Positions 9,154-17,177 of a stretch of DNA of 54,922 bases are shown one piece after another. The position numbers and the translations under genes are program-made. Within the stretch, counting starts at the first letter, position 1, and each line of letters begins with the position of its first letter. This DNA comes from an uncultured Bacteriovorax sp. (lineage in GTDB: Bacteria > Bdellovibrionota > UBA2428). The stretch lies in assembly GCA_964640545.1 (NCBI GenBank), contig CAZXHL010000006.1:1-54922 (forward strand). The letters are read 5' to 3'. The notes under the pieces are model-generated. The model was not told where the DNA came from. It searched no databases and was given only the letters and a program-made list of their open reading frames with translations.

Positions 9154-10245
9154 TTGGCTGATAAAGCAACACCGAATTTTCAAGAAGCTACCAAAAATCT
9201 CTTTCGCCTATTAGATGAAAATGGCGGAAGAGATTTTTTGCATTCGCGCTCGCCTACTCAAAACAGACGCAATCAAAAAAACTTAGAACAACTTCGAAGT
9301 TGGCTGAGCGACGATCGCGGAAAAAGACGCAAAGGCTACATGAATGCGGAAGCTTTCTTCAAAGCTTATCTTTTCTACTACCTCCCACTACATCTCACGG
9401 AAGTTTTTTGGATCAACGAACAATTCCAAAAACGTATGGAAAATTTTTCTACCCGGACCTGGGTTGATATTGGATGTGGGCCAGGCACGGCAAGTCTCTC
9501 CATGGCTTTGTCGATCAAATACGCGAAGAAGAAGGACCCCAAAGAAGTTGTGCTCATGGACCAAAGCAAAAGGGCTTTGGCCTTTGCCAAAGAGGCCCTT
9601 CAAAGCATTTGCCCGAATACAAAAATCACAACAGTCAAAGTCGACCTTAGAAACGTGGTTGAAGCTCGTCGTGAAATCCCTAAACTCAAACAAGGCTGGG
9701 ATGCTGTACTTGTCAGCCACGTCCTCAATGAGTTCGGAAGCGGTCCTCGTTCTCGATCTGTAAAAGAAGACATGCTCGAATTTTTCAGTCGCTCACTAGC
9801 TGGAGACCGCACCAAGTTTTATGTTATTGAGCCGCCGCTCAAAAGCCAATCGATCGATCTCATGCAGATCGGAGACAAGCTCCTTGAAGAAGGCGCCAGC
9901 ATCATCGCCCCCTGTCCGCAGAGCCGCGAAAAATGCCCGATGCTCAAAGATCGAAAAGGTTGGTGTTATGCACAGCCTGATCGAAATGACTTTCGTGCAT
10001 TAGGACTAGGCCAACAAGACAAGGCCATAGAAAAAGGCCTGCGCATCCAACTCACGAATCCTGGCTTTTCCTACCTTGTTTATTTGCCAAGTGGCATGAT
10101 GAAGCTTGAATCGCCCCACCGTATTTCAGTGGCCAATGACCAAGCTCAAACTGGACTCTTCTGTGATGGCGGGAAAATAGTAAAACGGCCACGGAAAGAA
10201 TATTTCCGCGGCCAATGGGTCGACGCTAAAAAAGCTGAGACTTAA
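9154..10245 (+). CDS. SAM-dependent methyltransferase, Rsm22-like
   Basis: DIGCGPGT motif I, SHVLNE, VIEP, IIAPCP..CP..WC cysteine cluster, FSYL. Confidence 0.75.
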   Translation: MADKATPNFQEATKNLFRLLDENGGRDFLHSRSPTQNRRNQKNLEQLRSWLSDDRGKRRKGYMNAEAFFKAYLFYYLPLHLTEVFWINEQFQKRMENFSTRTWVDIGCGPGTASLSMALSIKYAKKKDPKEVVLMDQSKRALAFAKEALQSICPNTKITTVKVDLRNVVEARREIPKLKQGWDAVLVSHVLNEFGSGPRSRSVKEDMLEFFSRSLAGDRTKFYVIEPPLKSQSIDLMQIGDKLLEEGASIIAPCPQSREKCPMLKDRKGWCYAQPDRNDFRALGLGQQDKAIEKGLRIQLTNPGFSYLVYLPSGMMKLESPHRISVANDQAQTGLFCDGGKIVKRPRKEYFRGQWVDAKKAET

Positions 10246-11759
10246 TTTCTCTCGAACGCGCCCATATATCCCATAGTGAGATAGTTATCCGTAGTATTAC
10301 GCTTGCGGCCCTCGAGAGCGTTGATCGTAGATCGCTGAGGCTTGAAGTAAGAGTCACTTTCACGTTTTTGTTTGTCGCCGATCAAAGCGCGAATACGATC
10401 TAGCTCTGCCGTGAAGCTAGAAGCCTCTGGGTTAGCGATGAGCTCCAGCGCTTCCTCGTATCTCTCCGTACGGGCGATCGCCTTTTCGTTATCTTCTTTG
10501 AGCTTCTCAATCTTTTCTTCGTAGCGAGTGATTGCAGTCTGACGACGCTCAATCTCCCTATCTTCACCACGCTCTTCCGCACGCTCCAAACGCTCTCTCT
10601 CGTATTCAAGGCGCTGCTCCTGAACCTTTAGGCTTCCATGAATTCGAAGCTGCTGCGTGCGCGCATCAGAAAGTTTCTCATAAACGCGGGAACGACATTG
10701 AGCTACTAGCTTTTCCGCATGTCCTACTGGCGTATTCGTTCCAGCAAAGAGCGTGTTGTACATGCTTGTCGCACTTTCGCAACCAGGGATACTTTGTAGT
10801 TCTTCATTCACATTTTGGAAAGACTCTTGGAGCTCCCATTTGATCTTGTCGAGCTGATATTTGTTGTCGAGCTCAGCGGTCTTCAAGGAGAACTGTGCAT
10901 TTTCAATTTCTTGATCAATGGCGACTCTGTTCTCGTGAGTTTGGTTGAAGACTTCTTCCAATCGACCTTCTTTGGCAAGTTTTGCAACTTCAGTGATACG
11001 AAGCTTATCAAACATTCCTGCGACATTAGTATTCGGTAACAACTTAGGGACCCAAGTACGCCTGATGTAATCGGCACAGTCGGGGTCTCCCTTGCTGGAT
11101 GCTGCAAACATCGTAGCAAGCAAGGCCGCCATTCTATGTCCGACATCGTATTGTCCACTATAGACACGAAGAGCTCCTGCTCCTGACGTAAATTTAACGG
11201 CGTGTTGGTAAACCTCAGACCCACCAGCCATGGCTCTTACTTCATCTTCGGAAACTCCGGGAGCTGAACCATTTAACCAAGGAGCCAAAGTGTCAGCGTC
11301 AGCTTCTACCGAAGTCGCATAGTCCACAATCCATTGCTGGTATCCGCCAGCAAGAGGAATCGCTCGCCAAGTAGGAACCATATAGCTTCCAGAAAAGGTT
11401 CCGTACTGAGGATTTTCAATCCGAGACAGAACATCTTGGGCAGAAAACCCATTTCCCATATCAATCCGAAGCAAACTTGCGGAGCCACAGCCCGCTCTTG
11501 CCTCGGAATAAGTTGGAGTGAGTCCACGAGCATCAGCATGACCACCGTTGGCTAAGGCCCCGATACGTTCGTCTTTGCGAACTTCACCGCGCCCACTTGG
11601 CCCACCATCACCATCTGGTCCTGACGGCACCCTTTCGGATGCCGGGCTTCGCCCTGCATCCACATCACTTGATGCCGTAAACAACTTCGAAGAACAAGCG
11701 CTTATACCAAAAGCCATGAGAGAAAAAGAAAGGAGTTTCATAGGAGATACCCGTATCAT
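10242..11759 (-). CDS. Hypothetical lipoprotein with long C-terminal coiled coil
   Basis: Lipobox ISAC, RSPAS motif, E/R/K-rich heptad-like C-terminus; TAAACT 6 nt before the ATG. Confidence 0.7.
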   Translation of the reverse strand: MIRVSPMKLLSFSLMAFGISACSSKLFTASSDVDAGRSPASERVPSGPDGDGGPSGRGEVRKDERIGALANGGHADARGLTPTYSEARAGCGSASLLRIDMGNGFSAQDVLSRIENPQYGTFSGSYMVPTWRAIPLAGGYQQWIVDYATSVEADADTLAPWLNGSAPGVSEDEVRAMAGGSEVYQHAVKFTSGAGALRVYSGQYDVGHRMAALLATMFAASSKGDPDCADYIRRTWVPKLLPNTNVAGMFDKLRITEVAKLAKEGRLEEVFNQTHENRVAIDQEIENAQFSLKTAELDNKYQLDKIKWELQESFQNVNEELQSIPGCESATSMYNTLFAGTNTPVGHAEKLVAQCRSRVYEKLSDARTQQLRIHGSLKVQEQRLEYERERLERAEERGEDREIERRQTAITRYEEKIEKLKEDNEKAIARTERYEEALELIANPEASSFTAELDRIRALIGDKQKRESDSYFKPQRSTINALEGRKRNTTDNYLTMGYMGAFERN

Positions 11760-11874
11760 GACCCTAGTTTACAGCAGGCTCTCAAAGCATGCGAAATCTA
11801 TTCTTTGACACTTTTGACTGCTTTTCCCGGCAGAAACTTGACGCTTCCATGAAAGTACAGTGATTTGTAAGGAT

Positions 11875-12699
11875 ATGCCTGGAATCATGGACTCGATCGT
11901 TCTTGGAATCGTTGAAGGACTGACCGAGTTCTTACCGGTTTCTTCAACAGGCCACCTCATTCTTACGAGTCACCTATTAAAACTTCAATCAAGTGGTGCC
12001 TTCGAGATGATCATTCAGGCTGGGGCTATTTTCGCCGTGATTTGGCACTACCGCTCATCTTTCTTCGCCTCCATCAAACCCGCACTAACTTTCAAGGGAC
12101 CATCCTTCGATGCCTGGCTTAAAGTCTTCATAGCCTTTGTTCCCGCAGCTATTGTTGGGTTACTGTTTGCAAAAGTGATTAAGGCCTACTTGTTTGGAGT
12201 AGGTCCGGTCGTAGGTGCCTTGGTCATTGGCGGTATTGCGATGATCATCATCGAAAGACTTCTACCCAATACCAGAGATAAGAATGCTCCAGAAGAAGCC
12301 TTAGATATCGAAACCCTAGGAGCCATGCTCAGCTACAAGCAAGCATTAGGTATCGGAATTTTTCAATGCTTTGCCCTATGGCCAGGAACCTCTCGCTCCA
12401 TGTCGACCATTCTTGGCGGACGCATCCTAGGGCTCAACACGAGGCAAGCGACCGAATTCTCTTTTTGGCTAGCCATCCCAACACTACTCGCCGCAAGTGC
12501 TTATGACCTGTTCAAACATTCTTCTGAATTTTTGGGAAGTGCCTCTTTAGCTCCATTACTCGTAGGAATTGTTGTATCGTTTGTTAGCGCCTTGATCGTC
12601 ATCAGAATCTTCTTGGGTTTCGTCAAGAAACACTCTCTTGAGGTCTTTGGCTGGTACAGAATTGCCATAGGAGCGCTACTCTACTTTTTCCTCATATAA
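11875..12699 (+). CDS. uppP: Undecaprenyl-diphosphate phosphatase (start could be 11887)
   Basis: GIVEGLTEFLPVSSTGH, PGTSRS, EFSFWLAIP, FGWYRI motifs. Confidence 0.95.
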   Translation: MPGIMDSIVLGIVEGLTEFLPVSSTGHLILTSHLLKLQSSGAFEMIIQAGAIFAVIWHYRSSFFASIKPALTFKGPSFDAWLKVFIAFVPAAIVGLLFAKVIKAYLFGVGPVVGALVIGGIAMIIIERLLPNTRDKNAPEEALDIETLGAMLSYKQALGIGIFQCFALWPGTSRSMSTILGGRILGLNTRQATEFSFWLAIPTLLAASAYDLFKHSSEFLGSASLAPLLVGIVVSFVSALIVIRIFLGFVKKHSLEVFGWYRIAIGALLYFFLI

Positions 12700-12806
12700 C
12701 CTCCTTATCGCCCCCCTTAGTTAACGAGAACTCACAACACCATGCTTCATAAAAAGGCCTATCCAATCCGGCAAAAGAGCCCTATAACTTAGTCAGAATT
12801 TGAATC

Positions 12807-12825
12807 TGAAATGATTATTTTTTCA
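12807..12825. promoter_or_regulatory. Possible Fur/PerR-like operator upstream of sodA
   Basis: TGAAATGATTATTTTTTCA; its reverse complement contains ATAATCATT; only a partial consensus match. Confidence 0.3.
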
Positions 12826-12843
12826 CTATAGAAAGGAGGCTTT

Positions 12844-13452
12844 ATGCCTTTTGAATTACCTAAACTCCCTTACGAATACACCGCTCTCGAGCCACACATC
12901 GACGCTCAGACCATGGAGATCCATTACTCCAAACACCACAACGCTTACGTGAGTAAACTCAACGAAGCTCTTAGTGGATCTGAATGGACTGGAAAGTCTA
13001 TTGAAGAACTCATGGGAATGATGTCCAAACTGCCTGCTAGCATTCGTAACAACGGCGGTGGTCACTACAACCATTCTCTATTCTGGTCAGTCATGTCCCC
13101 CAAAGGTGGCGGCAAACCAAGCGGTGATCTTGCACAAGCCATCGATACAGCTTTCGGAAGCTTTGATGCTTTCAAAGAAACTTTTGGAACAGCTGCAGCG
13201 ACTCGCTTTGGTTCAGGTTGGGCTTGGCTCATTGTGAACGGTAGTGGCAAGCTTGAAGTGACGTCTTCTCCAAACCAAGACAACCCGCTCATGGACATTG
13301 CGGACGTTAAAGGAACTCCAGTTCTTGGTCTTGATGTTTGGGAACACGCCTATTACCTCAAGTACCAAAACAAGCGCCCTGACTACGTTGGAGCTTGGTG
13401 GAACGTTGTTAACTGGGATGAAGTTTCTAAGCGTTTTGCTTCTGCAAAATAA
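12844..13452 (+). CDS. sodA: Superoxide dismutase, Mn-type signature
   Basis: [36 protein letters not shown]; strong AAGGAGG SD. Confidence 0.93.
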   Translation: MPFELPKLPYEYTALEPHIDAQTMEIHYSKHHNAYVSKLNEALSGSEWTGKSIEELMGMMSKLPASIRNNGGGHYNHSLFWSVMSPKGGGKPSGDLAQAIDTAFGSFDAFKETFGTAAATRFGSGWAWLIVNGSGKLEVTSSPNQDNPLMDIADVKGTPVLGLDVWEHAYYLKYQNKRPDYVGAWWNVVNWDEVSKRFASAK

Positions 13453-13475
13453 TTTAAGAAACGGAGAACGAGATT

Positions 13476-13808
13476 ATGTTTGATAATGTGACAACCAATC
13501 CAGACGGAGCCCCTGAAATTACAATTGCGGAGTTCAAATCCAAATTGAAGCAAGGTGGTTTCCATATCATCGACGTCCGTCGCCCCGACGAATACACTGG
13601 GGAACTAGGGCATGTCGAAGGATCTCGATTGGTCACATTGGAAACTGATTTTGAAAATACGCTGCCTACGCTCAACAGAGACGAAACTTACGTTTTCGTT
13701 TGTCGCTCTGGCAAACGTTCTACGAACGCAACTCTCTTTGCGATGCAGGCAGGCTTCAAGAAGGTCTACAATCTTGAAGGCGGAATGATCGCCTGGAACG
13801 AAGGCTGA
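13476..13808 (+). CDS. Single-domain rhodanese/sulfurtransferase
   Basis: IDVRRPDEY..GH, active-site CRSGKRS, NLEGGMIAW. Confidence 0.9.
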   Translation: MFDNVTTNPDGAPEITIAEFKSKLKQGGFHIIDVRRPDEYTGELGHVEGSRLVTLETDFENTLPTLNRDETYVFVCRSGKRSTNATLFAMQAGFKKVYNLEGGMIAWNEG

Positions 13809-13864
13809 TATTTAGTTCAAACTAGCATTTACTGGCCCTTGCTCAAATCCAAATATCGACAATA

Positions 13865-13901
13865 AAAAAGGCCGCCTCCTGATTAGGGAGGCGGCCTTTT
13901 T
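13865..13901. terminator. Bidirectional intrinsic terminator
   Basis: AAAAAGGCCGCCTCC-TGATTAG-GGAGGCGGCCTTTTT between convergent genes. Confidence 0.9.
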
Positions 13902-13950
13902 ACTGAGCAGGACAAATTTAGCAGAACTAAATGCCTTCGAGCTTTAAGAA

Positions 13951-14685
13951 TTAAAGCTCAACCACCTGGTTCATACTTCCACCGTTCAAAGATCTTACGT
14001 GAATCAAGTAACGACCTTTCATGCTGCTTGGAAGCTGAATCTCTTCAGAGAAAGCCTGACCTCTATCACGGTCGTTAACTACATTGGGATCACAACCTTC
14101 TGGAAATTCAACCAAAGGAAGAACAACAACAACGTTGCCTGGCTCTTCGATCATCTGAACTTTTTGAAGTTTGGCACATGCCTTTGGAAGTCTTCCTTCA
14201 AGCACGAATCCACGATCACCCTTGCGGATCAAACCAAAAACGTTTGCGTAAACAAAGTCATCAGAAGAATCTACAGGTGCGATTGAAACAGGCATAAGTT
14301 GCTGATCCGCCTTGTTGTTGACTTGAACGTGGTAAGAACCAGCTTTCAACAAGCCCAAAGAAACCACCTCAGTGAATGGAGTGTAGAGCATCAAGCAAGG
14401 ACGGTTGGAGTGAAAAAATGAAGTCACTTCAACATCAATAGTTTTTGTTTCGTCATTCACAAGAGCATCAACTCGGCCCACTTGGTAGCAAGTGTTTGGA
14501 TAGGCTCCAGTGATCACAACCTGAGCATTGTCGTTATTATCAAATCCTTTTGGTACAAAAATTCCATTGATAGGTGCCGCAACTTCTTCAACAGCATTGG
14601 AATCATCCCAGTCGCTAGCGCTTGCTGCAAAAGTTAAAAGTACCGCAGGGACAAGAAATAAATTTTTCCAATTTAAACGTTTCAT
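13951..14685 (-). CDS. Secreted hypothetical protein with two similar Cys-containing beta domains
   Basis: Signal peptide (ASA-S), AAAGGAG SD before ATG 14685, repeated G..P..C...C pattern. Confidence 0.7.
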   Translation of the reverse strand: MKRLNWKNLFLVPAVLLTFAASASDWDDSNAVEEVAAPINGIFVPKGFDNNDNAQVVITGAYPNTCYQVGRVDALVNDETKTIDVEVTSFFHSNRPCLMLYTPFTEVVSLGLLKAGSYHVQVNNKADQQLMPVSIAPVDSSDDFVYANVFGLIRKGDRGFVLEGRLPKACAKLQKVQMIEEPGNVVVVLPLVEFPEGCDPNVVNDRDRGQAFSEEIQLPSSMKGRYLIHVRSLNGGSMNQVVEL

Positions 14686-14780
14686 AAAATCTCCTTTTTC
14701 CGGCTTCACTTCCGACATCATGTCGCTTTAGCAGGTCCCGGAATATGACCTCAATATAGGCGGCTAGTAGCTATGCCAAT

Positions 14781-14794
14781 ATGATGGCGGTCAT
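14781..14794. promoter_or_regulatory. Candidate FNR/Crp-type box in divergent intergenic region
   Basis: ATGAT-GGCG-GTCAT resembles TTGAT-N4-ATCAA and lies next to a Crp/Fnr gene. Confidence 0.45.
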
Positions 14795-14919
14795 GTTGCA
14801 CAGGAATTAGCCTCAACACCAGCAAAACAAACAACGCATAGCATTAAGACGCTGTATTCACGTACAACAACCCCATCAAAAACCTTTATTCAGAGGCAAA
14901 ATCCTCCTAAAAGTTCGCA

Positions 14920-15600
14920 ATGCAACACAATCCAGCGCGCTGCCCCGTTTGTAGAGAAGGACTCGGTGGCTTTTTTTGTGTCCTCGACCCTGAACACATC
15001 AACGACATTGATCGCAGTAAAACCACAAAATCCTTCCGCACCGGCGAAGTGGTTTTTGAAAGAGGCGATTCTCCTCAGGGTTTGTTCTGCATTGTAGATG
15101 GCCTCATCAAAGTTGAAACGGAACAAGAAGAGGGGAAGTCACACATTCTACGACTAGCCGGACCAGGCGAGAGCATTGGTTACCGCGCACTTTTTGGACG
15201 AAGGCGATATGAGGCGAGAGCCGTTGCCCACGAAGACTCCAAAGTCCACTTCATTCCACGCTCCACAATTGACGATCTGATGATCAAACAACCACAGCTT
15301 TCCCTAAAATTTTTAGAGCTGCTATCCGAAGACATCAAACAAGCTGAAGAGAGACTTTGCGCGGCAACTGACAAAGATAGTGCTTCGAGAATTGCGGAAA
15401 CGATTCTTTTTTTAGACTCGAACTACACTCCCGATAAACCATGGACCCGCAAAGACATCGCAGACTGGGCGGGAACAACTCCTGAGACGGTCATGAGACA
15501 GCTGACTCAGCTGGAAAACCAAGGAATGATCGCAAGTGAAGGCCGGAGAATTTTGATTACTGATCCATCATCCTTGAATCAAGTCGCCCAAACGCTCTAA
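14920..15600 (+). CDS. Crp/Fnr family transcriptional regulator with N-terminal cysteines
   Basis: CPVC...C N-terminus, cNMP-binding fold (GE..F..GD, GESIG), HTH TRKDIADWAGTTPETVMRQL. Confidence 0.9.
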   Translation: MQHNPARCPVCREGLGGFFCVLDPEHINDIDRSKTTKSFRTGEVVFERGDSPQGLFCIVDGLIKVETEQEEGKSHILRLAGPGESIGYRALFGRRRYEARAVAHEDSKVHFIPRSTIDDLMIKQPQLSLKFLELLSEDIKQAEERLCAATDKDSASRIAETILFLDSNYTPDKPWTRKDIADWAGTTPETVMRQLTQLENQGMIASEGRRILITDPSSLNQVAQTL

Positions 15601-15606
15601 ACTGGA

Positions 15607-15827
15607 ACTGTGCGCGCTTAAGTGTTGTAGGGGCGTATCTGGTCTCAGAGGCCTTTCTAAGTCATTTTAAATATTTAGGTTCAGTCGAAGGACTATGGGG
15701 TGAATTGCTGGCGCCAGCCAGCAAGAGGGGAGTGGCACTCCCCTTGTCCTGAGTAATGAATCTAAATATTTAAAATGACTTAGAAAAGCCACTAAACACG
15801 ATCTTGCAACACTTAAGCGCGCACAGT
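15607..15827 (+). repeat. Complete ~221 bp palindromic intergenic element (copy 2)
   Basis: Arms ACTGTGCGCGCTTAAGTGTTG...TTTCTAAGTCATTTTAAATATTTAG / CTAAATATTTAAAATGACTTAGAAA...CAACACTTAAGCGCGCACAGT around core AGGAC-TATGGGGTGAA-hairpin-hairpin-GTCCT. Confidence 0.92.
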
Positions 15828-15839
15828 CTAAACTTGAGC

Positions 15840-17147
15840 CTAAGTTCCCTTAGTCCCACTAGGCGCTTTAGAGAACTTGATCAGCTTTAACAAGCCGCGA
15901 GCCTCCAAAACCATAGAATCATTTTGAATCTTCTCTTGGAATTTAGAAACTTTTTTCTTTTCAGCTTCAGGCTCTTTGGCATTGTCCAAGTGTCCTTCGA
16001 GGTCGGCTTCACTTCGGGAATAAAGAGAGGCTTTGAGCTTTTTTGCTGTCTCTTCATCGAGAGGAAGAAGTGGGTAGTCAGGCTCAATGCCCTTAGCCTG
16101 AATCGATCGCCCTTTGGGCGTGAAGTATTGCGCAACAGTCACCTTCAAACCTGATCCGTCTCCGAGAGGTAAAACGGTTTGCACCGACCCCTTACCAAAG
16201 CTTTTTTGTCCCGCAATGATCGCTCGTCCCATATCTTGCAATGCACCCGCAACGATTTCACTCGCGGAAGCACTACCACCATCAATCAACACAACTAGCG
16301 GCAGGTCTGTGACCTTGTTACCCTCTTGAGCGAATAGTTTTTCTTGCGCCTTCGTGGAGCGTCCTTTGGTATAGACTACCAAGCCCTTATCATTAAAAAG
16401 GTTTACGACTTGAACGGCTTGCAAGAGGAGCCCTCCAGGATTCCCTCGAAGGTCGAGAATGATGCCTTTGATGTTTGAATTTGTCTTATGTTTTCTAATC
16501 AATTCAGCAAGGTCTTGCCCTGTGCTTTCGGAGAACGATGCGATTCTTGTGTAAAGAGTGTCCTCCTTGATCACAACTCCACGAACAGACCTCATTTTAA
16601 TGATTTCACGAGTAACATCTAACTCTATCGTTTTGCTATCACGCCCAATAGTGACTTTAATTTTCGAACCAGGGTCACCCCTCATCAATGAAACTGCTTC
16701 AGGCAAAGACATTTTCTTCGTGGAATGCTTTCCAATTTTTAAAATTACATCTCCAGCCAGAATCCCAGCCTTGTCGGCAGGAGTTCCCTCGATGGGAGAA
16801 ACAACTGTGATGTAATTTTCATCAATGCTGACTTCAACCCCTAGCCCACCGAACTTTCCAGAAGTTTCATCTTGCATTTCGCTGAAGATTTTCTTTTCTA
16901 GATATGCCGAATGCGGATCAAGATCTCGAAGCATTCCCTTGATGGCGCCTTCAATGATTTCTTCTTGAGAAACGTCGTGCACATAGTTTTCTTCGAGGTA
17001 TTGAAGAATCTTCGCAAATTTTTCTAGCGATGGGTAATCAACCTTTGCGGAAGCCTGAAAAGAGAAAGCCCCCAGCACTCCTCCGCACACAACTGATAGC
17101 AAGAGCTTCTTGGGGGATCGTAAGGAGTGAAACTTGGATTGGTTCAT
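15840..17147 (-). CDS. ctpA: S41A carboxy-terminal processing protease
   Basis: LDPHSAY, PDZ GGLGVEV, DLRGNPGGLL, SASASEIVAG, GKGSVQ motifs. Confidence 0.92.
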   Translation of the reverse strand: MNQSKFHSLRSPKKLLLSVVCGGVLGAFSFQASAKVDYPSLEKFAKILQYLEENYVHDVSQEEIIEGAIKGMLRDLDPHSAYLEKKIFSEMQDETSGKFGGLGVEVSIDENYITVVSPIEGTPADKAGILAGDVILKIGKHSTKKMSLPEAVSLMRGDPGSKIKVTIGRDSKTIELDVTREIIKMRSVRGVVIKEDTLYTRIASFSESTGQDLAELIRKHKTNSNIKGIILDLRGNPGGLLLQAVQVVNLFNDKGLVVYTKGRSTKAQEKLFAQEGNKVTDLPLVVLIDGGSASASEIVAGALQDMGRAIIAGQKSFGKGSVQTVLPLGDGSGLKVTVAQYFTPKGRSIQAKGIEPDYPLLPLDEETAKKLKASLYSRSEADLEGHLDNAKEPEAEKKKVSKFQEKIQNDSMVLEARGLLKLIKFSKAPSGTKGT

Positions 17148-17177
17148 AGAATCATTCTATGGCCGATGTAGAAAGGT

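Noticed and set aside
14763-14779. Sigma54 promoter for the 13951-14685 gene (minus strand TTGGCAT...)
   Set aside because: The GG-to-GC spacing is 11 nt rather than the required 10.
15746-15760. Hammerhead ribozyme suggested by CTGAGTA...GAA in the element
   Set aside because: It does not match CUGANGA plus GAAA with the required stem order, and copy 4 lacks the downstream TGAA.
15607-15827. Palindromic elements as a CRISPR array or integron attC sites
   Set aside because: Copies are isolated and 13-22 kb apart with no repeat-spacer periodicity or cas genes. The ends do not fit RYYYAAC/GTTRRRY consistently, the flanks are convergent core genes rather than cassettes, and there is no integrase.
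15596-15834. TCTAAACT on both sides of copy 2 as a target-site duplication
   Set aside because: It is offset from the element ends and no equivalent duplication flanks copies 3 or 4.
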